Part shown: positions 40,514-49,068 of the stretch, piece after piece | How the letters are laid out: the number at the start of each line of letters is the position of its first letter | Numbering within the stretch: position 1 is the first letter of the stretch | Assembly (NCBI GenBank): GCA_947054455.1 | Contig: CAMRWN010000002.1 | Span: forward strand, 88,578-152,577 | From: an uncultured Alphaproteobacteria bacterium | Lineage (GTDB): Bacteria > Pseudomonadota > Alphaproteobacteria > Rs-D84 | Length of the DNA: 64,000 nucleotides | Reading direction: 5' to 3' | The notes under the pieces: model-generated | What the model saw: only the letters and a program-made list of their open reading frames with translations | Database searches by the model: none | What the model was told of the DNA's origin: nothing | Translations under genes and position numbers: made by a program

Positions 40514-41038
40514 TTATTTGCTTTTCTTTGCCTTGGCAATCGCTTCGTGCAATGCGGATTCGGAAACCAGCCCCAAAACAATCGGGCTTTGAATCTGAAT
40601 CAGCGAATAAGAACTGTGTGTTTTATTGCGTACGGACGCGACGGTCGGATTGGTGCTGCGCATCAGGCGTGCCACCTGTCCGTCGGACAGTTCCGGATAA
40701 TTCTTCAGAATCCACAAAATGCCGCCCAGACGGTTCTGGCGGTGCAATTTCGGCGTATATCCAACACCCTTTTTGTTCTGTGCCTTTTGTGCGACAACTA
40801 TTTCATCACGCAGTGTCAGGCGGGCGTTCGGGTCGGCTTCGCACGCGGCGATGTCTTCACGTGTCAGCTGGCCGTTTAAAATCGGATTTAAACCCTGAAT
40901 CTTGTATGTTTCGGCATCGGCGATATTTTTAATTTCCAATTCATGCAGACCGCAGAAATCAGCGATTTGTTCAAATGTCAGTGCGGTGTTTTCAATCAAC
41001 CAAAGCGCGGTTGATTTCGGCATATACGGGTAATTCAT
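40514..41038 (-). CDS. DUF1013 / TrcR-family transcription factor
   Basis: MPKSTALWLIENTALTFEQIADFCGLHELE. Confidence 0.9.
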   Translation of the reverse strand: MNYPYMPKSTALWLIENTALTFEQIADFCGLHELEIKNIADAETYKIQGLNPILNGQLTREDIAACEADPNARLTLRDEIVVAQKAQNKKGVGYTPKLHRQNRLGGILWILKNYPELSDGQVARLMRSTNPTVASVRNKTHSSYSLIQIQSPIVLGLVSESALHEAIAKAKKSK

Positions 41039-41140
41039 GAACGTTCCTCTTTTTACTGGGGGCAATATACACCAAAACACGCCCATTTTCAAGCCATTTT
41101 TTCCAAAAAACATGTCCGGCAACGCCGGACATTAACATTC

Positions 41141-42565
41141 TCAAGCTTTCTTTATGATTTTCATTCCGTCGCGTGTGTCTACCACGGACCAGCCGGCGGC
41201 ATCAATCTGATTGCGCAGATTGTCGGCCGCGGCCCAATCACGCGCCGCCTTGGCCGCCGCGCGCGCATCTGCCAGGCTTTGTATTTCCGCCGGCACATCG
41301 GTGTTTTCCAGTGCCAGCATTTTGCGCGCCCGGTCAATAAACTGCAGCCCCAGCAGACGGTCTGCAAATTCAAACAGCGCAATCTTGGTCGCGGCATTGA
41401 TATCAGAATCTTTGGACATTTCTTGAATGCGGACCAGAGTTTCTGCGGTTTTCATGTTGTCCGATACCGGCGCCAGGATTTTTTTACGCCACTGGTCAAA
41501 GCGCGCATTGTCAAGGGCCTCGGGCGCTGTTTTCAGCAAATCCACCACGCGGCGAACAATATTCTTATATCCGGCCGCCGCCGCGTCCATTGCTTCCCAC
41601 GAAAACGCCAGTTGTGTCTGATAATGCCCCAACAGTATCAGATACCGGTACGCCATCGGGTCATAACCGCGCCGGCGCAGCGCATCAAGCCCCAGAAATT
41701 CACCCTTGGATTTGCTCATTTTTTCCCCGGACTTGTCGACCAGGAAACTGAAATGTACCCAATAGTTGACCCATGGTTTTCCGGTTATCGGCTCAGACTG
41801 TGCGATTTCGTTTGTATGATGCACGCGGGACAAATCTTCGCCGCCGGTATGTATGTCGAAATGCGCCCCCAGCAATTTCATGCTCATCGCGCTGCATTCC
41901 GCGTGCCAGCCCGGAAATCCGACGCCCCACGGACTGTCCCATTCCATTTGACGCCGAACATCGCGCGGCGAAAATTTCCATAATGCAAAGTCTGTTGGAT
42001 TGCGCTTTGCCTGATTGAACTGCACACGGGCGCCGGCGCGGTTTCCGTCAATCGCCCCGCCCGTCAGCGCACCGTATGCCGAAAATTTCGACGTGTCATA
42101 ATAAATTCCGTCCCCCTGGATTTCGTATGTATAACCCAGCTGTTCCAATTTCTGAACCAATTCGATTTGTTCGGGGATATAATCCGTTGCATGCGGCATT
42201 TCGGTCGGGCGTATAATGTTCAAGTCGTCATAATCATGCAGGAATTCTTCTTTATAAAATTTGGCGATATCCCATACGGATTTGTTTTCACGGGCGGCAC
42301 CCTTTTCCATTTTGTCTTCGCCGGAATCATCCGCATCGCTGGTCAGATGCCCCACGTCTGTGATGTTCATTACATGACGCACATCGTACCCGTTTTCGAT
42401 AAACATGCGCTTTAATATGTCGCTGTGAATCATTGTGCGCAAATTGCCGATATGGGCATAATGGTACACCGTCGGTCCGCAAGAATAAAACCCGACGCGT
42501 CCCGGCGTCAGCGGTTTGAATTCTTCTATTTTTCTGGACATTGTATTGAATAATCTGATGGTCAT
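41141..42565 (-). CDS. cysS: Cysteine--tRNA ligase
   Basis: CGPTVY, HIGN, PGWHAECS, KMSKS. Confidence 0.97.
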   Translation of the reverse strand: MTIRLFNTMSRKIEEFKPLTPGRVGFYSCGPTVYHYAHIGNLRTMIHSDILKRMFIENGYDVRHVMNITDVGHLTSDADDSGEDKMEKGAARENKSVWDIAKFYKEEFLHDYDDLNIIRPTEMPHATDYIPEQIELVQKLEQLGYTYEIQGDGIYYDTSKFSAYGALTGGAIDGNRAGARVQFNQAKRNPTDFALWKFSPRDVRRQMEWDSPWGVGFPGWHAECSAMSMKLLGAHFDIHTGGEDLSRVHHTNEIAQSEPITGKPWVNYWVHFSFLVDKSGEKMSKSKGEFLGLDALRRRGYDPMAYRYLILLGHYQTQLAFSWEAMDAAAAGYKNIVRRVVDLLKTAPEALDNARFDQWRKKILAPVSDNMKTAETLVRIQEMSKDSDINAATKIALFEFADRLLGLQFIDRARKMLALENTDVPAEIQSLADARAAAKAARDWAAADNLRNQIDAAGWSVVDTRDGMKIIKKA

Positions 42566-42659
42566 GACGGTTTTTCCTTTGATATCGTAAAAATGATAAT
42601 CAAACCGCCGCCATTTTGCAAATGAAAAACTGACCAGCTTTTCCGTGCCGCCAAACACA

Positions 42660-42779
42660 TCGCCACAAAACAACATGCTTGGACGAAGCAAATTCAATAT
42701 TCACGGTGGGAAAGAATTAGGTTCATTAGGCTGTATTGACCTAACATCTCAAATGGATGATTTTACAAAATGGTTTTAA
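42660..42779 (+). pseudogene. Remnant of a Tlde1/DUF2778 toxin C-terminus
   Basis: SPQNNMLGRSKFNIHGGKELGSLGCIDLTSQMDDFTKWF* aligns without gaps (22/39 identical by hand) to the end of the 46875 protein. Confidence 0.8.
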
Positions 42780-42892
42780 ATTTGCATTTTTGGAAATTCG
42801 GGCTATAACATGGACGAGTTATATAAAAAGCCCTCGGATTCGGAGGCAAAAAAAAACATCCCACAGGTATTCCATGGGATGAGTTATATATC

Positions 42893-42981
42893 TGGCGGAG
42901 CGTATAGGACTCGAACCTATGGAGGACTAATACGCCCTCACAGATTAGCAATCTGCTGCATTACCACTCTGCCAACGCTCC
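42893..42981 (-). tRNA. tRNA-Ser(GCT)
   Basis: GGAGCGT…GCAGA-TT-GCT-AA-TCTGT, long variable arm, …ACGCTCCGCCA. Confidence 0.96.
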
Positions 42982-43067
42982 GTGTGTGGGTATTATATAG
43001 GAACCCTTTGGCGAATGCAAGTATGAAAATAACAATTTAAAAAAGAAAACGCCCGCAAGGGCGTTTT

Positions 43068-44810
43068 TTATTGTTCGGCGTTATGTTCCGGACTATAGAT
43101 TTCAACATCCCGGGTCATGGCAATAAACTTGTCCGCACGACGCGCCGGCAGTTCAGATGCCGGAACCTGCTGCAATTCCGTTATAGCGTCTGCAACGGCC
43201 GTCGACAACAGTTCCATCGTTGTCTGCCAATCGGTGTGTGCACCACCCGCCGGTTCGTTTATGATTTTGTCGATAACATTCAAGTCCGCCATGTCGCGCG
43301 CAGTCAGTTTCATTGCTTGGGCTGCGGTGGCCTTGAATTTGTTGTCCTTCCATAAAATACTGGCGCAGGATTCAGGTGCAATAACCGAATAAATCGCATT
43401 TTCCAGCATCAAGACCTTGTCCCCGGTGCCGATTGCAATCGCACCGCCCGAACCGCCCTGGCCAACATTTACCGCAACGTACGGCGTCTTGACCCGCAGC
43501 CCGGTTGCAATTGATTCCGCAACCGCCTGCGACTGGCCACGTTCTTCACCTTCGCGACCGGCAAACGCGCCCGCTGTGTCAAACAACGATATTATCGGCA
43601 GATTGAATTTTTCCGCCAGACGCATCATGCGCTGCGCCTTGCGATATCCATCCGGATTAACCATGCCGAAACGATGCTTTTGCCGTGTTTCAATGTTGCG
43701 GCCCTGTTCCTGGCCGATTATCACGGCCGGGATACCGCGCCAGAAACCGATTCCGCTGCCCATGGCGGCATCTTCGGCAAACGTTCTGTCGCCGGCCAGA
43801 TATGTCCAATCATCCACAATTCCGGCAATATAGTCCAGAAAGTGGGGACGATTTTCATGGCGTGCCAGCAAAACCTTGTCATAGGCGTCGGTTTCGCCCA
43901 TGCCGCGAATCTTTTTTGACGCATCCATCGCCGGTGTCGCGACATTAATCTGCTTTGGCGCGCGTTCCTGTCGCGTCAACACGGCCAATATCTTGACCAG
44001 CGCGTCGTGCATTCCGGCGCGCGGCACAACCATGTCAACCATGCCGTGTTCATACAGATAGTCCGCTGTTTGAAAGTTCGACGGCAGTTTTTCGCGAATG
44101 TTTTGTTCGATTACGCGACGGCCGGCAAAACCAATGCGCGCGCCCTGTTCCGCGATGTGAATATCACCCAGCATTCCAAATGACGCCGTAACGCCGCCAT
44201 ATGTCGGGTCTGTCAGAATCACGATGTATGGAATTCCATTCGCGTTCAACTTGTTTACAGCAACCGTGGTGCGCGCCATTTGCATCAATGACAATATGTT
44301 TTCCTGCATGCGGGCGCCGCCACTGCAAGTCACCATTATGAACGGCTGCTTTTTTTCGATGGCATGCTCCATACTGGCAACTATGCCGTCGCCGGCCGCG
44401 CGTCCCATGGACCCCATCATGAAATCACCGTTCAGCACGCATACCGTCGCCGGCACGCCACCGATAACGCCGTCGGCAGTTGTAATCGCATCGTTCGCAC
44501 CTGTGTCGGCACGCGCCGCGGCCAGACGTTCCTTGTACGGCATGCGGTCTACGAAATTCAGCGGATCGTCGGAAACCGTGGGCAGTGTGATTTTTTCCCA
44601 TTCGGTGTTATCAAACAACAGGTCGAAACGCTGTTTCGGTGTCATGATGAACGCACGTCCGCATCGCGGGCATATATAATGATTGTCTTTGTAATCCTTG
44701 TAATAGACCAGGCGTCCACAGGATTCGCATTTTATCCACATCAGCCGGCGAACACGGTCATAGCGTTCGCGGTTGCGGTTTTTAATTCCGGATTTTTTAC
44801 CAAACAACAT
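43068..44810 (-). CDS. accDA: Fused acetyl-CoA carboxylase carboxyltransferase beta/alpha (AccD-AccA)
   Basis: Zn ribbon CESC…CPRC, SGGARMQE, GGVTASF, then GYRKAQR, EERGQ, GGSGGA, YSVIAPE. Confidence 0.93.
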   Translation of the reverse strand: MLFGKKSGIKNRNRERYDRVRRLMWIKCESCGRLVYYKDYKDNHYICPRCGRAFIMTPKQRFDLLFDNTEWEKITLPTVSDDPLNFVDRMPYKERLAAARADTGANDAITTADGVIGGVPATVCVLNGDFMMGSMGRAAGDGIVASMEHAIEKKQPFIMVTCSGGARMQENILSLMQMARTTVAVNKLNANGIPYIVILTDPTYGGVTASFGMLGDIHIAEQGARIGFAGRRVIEQNIREKLPSNFQTADYLYEHGMVDMVVPRAGMHDALVKILAVLTRQERAPKQINVATPAMDASKKIRGMGETDAYDKVLLARHENRPHFLDYIAGIVDDWTYLAGDRTFAEDAAMGSGIGFWRGIPAVIIGQEQGRNIETRQKHRFGMVNPDGYRKAQRMMRLAEKFNLPIISLFDTAGAFAGREGEERGQSQAVAESIATGLRVKTPYVAVNVGQGGSGGAIAIGTGDKVLMLENAIYSVIAPESCASILWKDNKFKATAAQAMKLTARDMADLNVIDKIINEPAGGAHTDWQTTMELLSTAVADAITELQQVPASELPARRADKFIAMTRDVEIYSPEHNAEQ

Positions 44811-44813
44811 TTT

Positions 44814-45092
44814 TTATCCATTCATTTTTTTTGTTAACTCGCGGCTGGGCTTGAACAGGATTGTCGTGCTGGCCTGCAACGGCATCGGTTTTCCCGTCGC
44901 CGGGTTATATCCGATTTTTGTTGCGCGCGCGCGCGGCTGAAACGTGCCAAATCCGCGGATTTCTATTCTGTGGCCATCGGCGACGGATTCAATCATATGG
45001 TCTGATACCGTATCCAATATCGCGGCCGCATCCGACGCGCGCATGTGTTTAAACATAACCTGAATAGAGCGTACTATGTCCGAACGTTTCAT
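44814..45092 (-). CDS. HU/IHF-family DNA-binding protein (IHF-beta-like)
   Basis: RIEIRGFGTF…GYNPATG…FKPSREL. Confidence 0.9.
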   Translation of the reverse strand: MKRSDIVRSIQVMFKHMRASDAAAILDTVSDHMIESVADGHRIEIRGFGTFQPRARATKIGYNPATGKPMPLQASTTILFKPSRELTKKMNG

Positions 45093-45241
45093 ATTTTCTT
45101 TCCTTTTTCTTGCCCTCAATTATTTATATCTTAGCATATTTTATCAAGAGTAAAGTTTTTTTTGATTTATGAATATGTTCTTGGTGTCGCCCGACGCAAC
45201 GCGTGATAGCCTGAAATCCGGACAAAGCAAAGGAGAAAGTT

Positions 45242-46039
45242 ATGCACGATTTATTCGACATATGCGACTGCGGTGCGGACGAATGCACCGAAAACACGGC
45301 GCCTACAATGCCACTGATTGGCGACCCGGCACCGGCATTTCATGCAATGACCACCAATGGCCCCGTTGATTTCCCGGCAGATTATGCGGGCAAATGGGTG
45401 GTATTGTTTTCGCATCCGGCGGACTTTACACCGGTTTGCACATCTGAATTCATGGCGTTTCAGGCCATGGGCGAAGAACTGCGCGACCTTAATACCGAAC
45501 TTATCGGTCTGTCCGTCGGCAGCATCTCGTCCCATTTGGCGTGGATTGACGCCATCCGCGGGATAAAATACCGCGACTGGACCGATATGGAGATAACATT
45601 CCCCGTCATCGATGACGCCGCCATGCGCGTTGCCAAACAATACGGAATGATTCATCCCAACGCGTCTGAAACCCATGCCGTGCGCGCGGTTTTTATAATC
45701 GACCCCAAGGGAATAATACGCGCAATACTATATTATCCCGCATCAACCGGACGCAATTTTGATGAAATCAAGCGAATGCTGGTTGCGCTGCAGACAACCG
45801 ACGCGTTCAAGGTGTCCACGCCGGCCGACTGGCTGCCGGGGGACGACGTGCTGGTGGCATCACCCGCAACCGCCGAAGACATGCGCCGCATGATGAACGG
45901 CATGCGCACCCCGGGCGGAAAAATCGACAGCCGTGCCTGGTTTTTCAGCTTCCGCGCCCTGCCGGCAGAGGAAATAGCAAACAAATTGCAAAAAAAGCCA
46001 TCGCGGTCGACGAACGGCGCAAAAAACAAAAAGAAATAA
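45242..46039 (+). CDS. Peroxiredoxin (Prx6 type)
   Basis: FSHPADFTPVCT, GRNFDEI, TPADW. Confidence 0.93.
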   Translation: MHDLFDICDCGADECTENTAPTMPLIGDPAPAFHAMTTNGPVDFPADYAGKWVVLFSHPADFTPVCTSEFMAFQAMGEELRDLNTELIGLSVGSISSHLAWIDAIRGIKYRDWTDMEITFPVIDDAAMRVAKQYGMIHPNASETHAVRAVFIIDPKGIIRAILYYPASTGRNFDEIKRMLVALQTTDAFKVSTPADWLPGDDVLVASPATAEDMRRMMNGMRTPGGKIDSRAWFFSFRALPAEEIANKLQKKPSRSTNGAKNKKK

Positions 46040-46069
46040 AAAACGGGGCGTAGACCCCGTTTTTTTTAA

Positions 46070-46414
46070 TTAAAACACCAGCGGAAAATCACGAATATCC
46101 ATCGGCACCCCGTCGCGGTCGGGATCCCATTGAAACTGCTCTATCAAAACTTTTTTATCTTTTGTGAATTTCACGCCTTCGGCCTTTAACGCCTTGTACT
46201 GTTGTTCAAAAAATCCGGCGCCGCACAAACTGCCGTCCTTGAAGACAACCCGATGCCACGGCAGATGCCACGAGGCCTTGTTATTCGACGCATATCCGAC
46301 AAAACGCGCCATTCGCGGTCGGCCAATCATACGTGCAATCTGCCCGAATGTGGCCACCCGCCCGACTGGGATGCGGGCAACAATGTCATAAACCTGTTCA
46401 TTAAACGTTTTCAT
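46070..46414 (-). CDS. Alkyltransferase-like (ATL/MGMT family) protein
   Basis: IPVGRVATFGQIA, PWHRVV (Trp replaces the catalytic Cys). Confidence 0.9.
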   Translation of the reverse strand: MKTFNEQVYDIVARIPVGRVATFGQIARMIGRPRMARFVGYASNNKASWHLPWHRVVFKDGSLCGAGFFEQQYKALKAEGVKFTKDKKVLIEQFQWDPDRDGVPMDIRDFPLVF

Positions 46415-46503
46415 GACATATATTTTATATCGCCCACAAGAAATGTCAAATAAGCTATTAATCCCTTGCAAAAGAATTTCAAATATGTATAATCCCATCC
46501 ACA

Positions 46504-46593
46504 GGAGACGTGGCAGAGTGGTCGAATGCGCGCGACTCGAAATCGTGTATACCGGCAACGGTATCAAGGGTTCGAATCCCTTCGTCTCCGCCA
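46504..46593 (+). tRNA. tRNA-Ser(CGA)
   Basis: GGAGACG…CGCGA-CT-CGA-AA-TCGTG, long variable arm, …CGTCTCCGCCA. Confidence 0.96.
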
Positions 46594-46874
46594 GGAATAT
46601 AGAGCATCCCACGGTAAACCGTCGGGATGTTTCTTTTGCCCCGGAATCCGGGGATTTTTATCAGCAACGGTACCAGTGTATGTTCTCTGTCGCGGCCAAT
46701 TGCACCAAAATCCGTCGCGCAGCATACCTTGCCCAAAACATCGATGCCAGTTTATATTGCTTTTTATCGTAATTTGTGGTATAATCTCTAGCAAGAACAA
46801 AGGCGACATTTGTCGCCGTTTTTTATTGTCCCGCCGCCCGCGGGGCTTTTTTTTATAACACAGGAAAAAATAAT

Positions 46875-47891
46875 ATGGCTACAAATTGGGGAGATGTTAC
46901 TTGGAATGAATATGGGGAATTAGTATTGGATATCTATAAACAACCTCCGGAAACAAAAGATGATACAACTAATAAACCGAAACATACATATAAAGAAATA
47001 GATTGTGGTGGTGAATGTGGCGGGTGTGTTGCGTTGGTTGTTGATGGCAAGGTTGTGTCTGGGCCGCCGTTCCACCCGAACTGTAAATGTTCTTTGTCGG
47101 GAAAAGATATTGAGGAAGCGCCTGAACATGAATCTAATTTAGGTAATCCGGTTGGACGCGACAGAAATTCTGAACCAAGGGACGTTAAATGGTTGAAAGA
47201 TGCTCTAAATAAACTTGGGTTTTATGATCCCGATACCAGAGCCGGTGAAACACCAGATGATTTAAATGAATATCCTAACCAGAATTTGTTTGATGCGATT
47301 AATAAATTCCAACGCGAACATGGATTGCCCGAACGTGGCATTGTGAAACCCGGTTATCAAACCGAAGCCAAAATAAATAATGAATTGCAACATCAAACAA
47401 AAGAACCAAAAGCAGATTTTGAATACAATGGCTCAACCTTTAAAGGACCAGTCAATGCAAAAGATAACCAATATGCAGTCTTTGATGGCAAAACATTGGC
47501 TGTTTATGATGGTGGTGAAAAAGTTGCTGAATTTGCCGGGGTGTCCGGCAAGCCAGGATATCAATCTCCAGAATATCAAAATAAAACAGATACTGGGCCG
47601 ATTCCACAAGGAACATATGTTGCGAGAAAAAAAGATTTTCAAAATAGAGATGATTATGGCCCTATAAAAAAATATACTTCGTGGCCTGGTGGTGAACATG
47701 GTTGGGGAAAACATAGAGTATGGTTGGAACCCTCTAAAGAAACAAATACGTTTGGTCGAGGTGGTTTCAGTATTCATGGTGGCGACGAGCCCGGTTCTGC
47801 GGGTTGTATTGATCTAACAAATGAAATGCCAGGATTTGCAACTTGGTTCAAAAATAATGGAAAAGATTTAATTATTAAAGTAAAATACTAA
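46875..47891 (+). CDS. Toxin candidate: MuF-like Cys/His motif + peptidoglycan-binding domain + Tlde1/DUF2778 domain
   Basis: CGGC…GPPFHPNCKC; DVKWLKDALNKLGFY…AINKFQREHGL…GIV; SG…GPIPQGTY…GRGGFSIHGG…GSAGCIDL. Confidence 0.85.
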   Translation: MATNWGDVTWNEYGELVLDIYKQPPETKDDTTNKPKHTYKEIDCGGECGGCVALVVDGKVVSGPPFHPNCKCSLSGKDIEEAPEHESNLGNPVGRDRNSEPRDVKWLKDALNKLGFYDPDTRAGETPDDLNEYPNQNLFDAINKFQREHGLPERGIVKPGYQTEAKINNELQHQTKEPKADFEYNGSTFKGPVNAKDNQYAVFDGKTLAVYDGGEKVAEFAGVSGKPGYQSPEYQNKTDTGPIPQGTYVARKKDFQNRDDYGPIKKYTSWPGGEHGWGKHRVWLEPSKETNTFGRGGFSIHGGDEPGSAGCIDLTNEMPGFATWFKNNGKDLIIKVKY

Positions 47892-47907
47892 AAAACAAAG
47901 GCACAAA

Positions 47908-48234
47908 ATGAAAAAAACATTAAACATAACAAGTTATGTCGCGACAATATGTTTGTTTTGTGCCTTGTATGTTTTTATATTTGATATTGCGTGTATAGGT
48001 AGAATTTCAAAATTTAATCATATTTGGGCAAATGCATGTCAGTTTGATATTGATGGTACGCATTTGAATTGTATGATAAATAATGATATTACATGCATTG
48101 TATTGCTGTTGCCTATCTTAGCTGTTATGTCGTTTCGTTTGGCAAAGATATATCGCGAACGCGTCCTGTTGGCTCCGATTTTGGGCTTTTTACTGTTTGT
48201 TTTGTCGATTATAACATATTGGGGCCTTGTGTAA
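47908..48234 (+). CDS. Small three-TM membrane protein, candidate immunity protein
   Basis: Starts 16 bp after the toxin-like gene; hydrophobic helices with a Cys-containing loop. Confidence 0.65.
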   Translation: MKKTLNITSYVATICLFCALYVFIFDIACIGRISKFNHIWANACQFDIDGTHLNCMINNDITCIVLLLPILAVMSFRLAKIYRERVLLAPILGFLLFVLSIITYWGLV

Positions 48235-48396
48235 AATGTTGGATTGTTTCAAGAACTCTTGAACGCTTTTTTCCTGTTATATTGTATGCAATTGACCGTA
48301 GAATTATCTACCTCCGCCAGGATAAAAAAATGCCCCGGATGGGGCGATTTTTTTATTCCCCTGTTTAACAAACGGGAAAACACTTTAATAAATAGG

Positions 48397-48528
48397 TTGC
48401 ATGCAGTGTCTTAAACATGCTATAATTCTTAATGATACGGGTGTTCCGTATTTGGACTTAGAAATCCATTAGCTGCGTCAGAAAAAGACGTTCAAACTCC
48501 AACCACCAATTTTGGTGGATTTTTGTTT
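48397..48528 (+). ncRNA. Promoter plus structured leader with terminator (copy 2 of the GGACUUAGAAAUCC motif)
   Basis: TTGCAT-N18-TATAAT, hairpin GATACGG/CCGTATT, GGACTTAGAAATCC at 48454-48467, CCACC/GGTGG plus T-run. Confidence 0.55.
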
Positions 48529-48574
48529 GCACCCCGCCGGGGGGGGTGCAACGGGCGGGAAAATGGAGTAAAGA

Positions 48575-49041
48575 ATGAAAAAGAACCTGTGTGTAATGTG
48601 CATTATTCTGTCTACAGTAAACACGGCGAATGCAGAAACGTTCTTTAGTAAAAACCAGAACGCAATAACCGACACTTCGCAGAGTTCAATATACTGGGCC
48701 GTCCCCAACACCATGTCTTCATCCGTGGCAGAGGCAACCGCAATCAGCAACTGCCGTGAACAATACTGCGACGTACATGTTCCAACGGATAGCAGTAGTG
48801 GTGCGCCAGATTCTGCCTTTGCACAAACATTTGCCATAACCGCAGCGACGAAGGAATATGTATCAAGCGTCGGTTCATCCGGCGACGAGACCGAAACATC
48901 GCAAACATACCCCATCGCAACATGTCCGGCCGGCTGACATCGTTTCCAATCAATGCATGCAAGATAAATTGCGACGGCGACGAATGCCAGGCCAAAGATG
49001 ATACCGGCACATGGCACTACACCAATACATGTCTGTATTAA
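48575..49041 (+). pseudogene. Secreted Cys-containing protein interrupted by a single-base frameshift
   Basis: ORF stops at …TCPAG* (48937); the -1 frame from 48934 continues LTSFPINACKINCDGDECQAKDDTGTWHYTNTCLY* up to a terminator. Confidence 0.6.
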
Positions 49042-49068
49042 AAATGCGGCGGGAAATTCCGCCGCATT

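Larger units (their letters stand above)
46586..48322 (+). mobile_element. tRNA-Ser-integrated genomic islet bounded by the direct repeat CTCCGCCAGGA
   Basis: 11-bp repeat at 46586-46596 (tRNA 3' end) and 48312-48322; visibly AT-rich cargo; terminator after the second copy; no integrase inside. Confidence 0.7.

Noticed and set aside
42566-42697. Extended cysS start (ORF-track 42697)
   Set aside because: CysRS homology starts at MTIRLFNT (42565), which has an SD AAGGA; the extension overlaps the Tlde1 remnant
46660-46800. Possible gene fragment in the islet's left part
   Set aside because: The short frames on both strands show no motif I can recognise
48539-48546. G8 tract as a phase-variation site
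   Set aside because: It lies in an untranslated hairpin (TTGCACCCC/GGGGTGCAA), not in a CDS or promoter spacer
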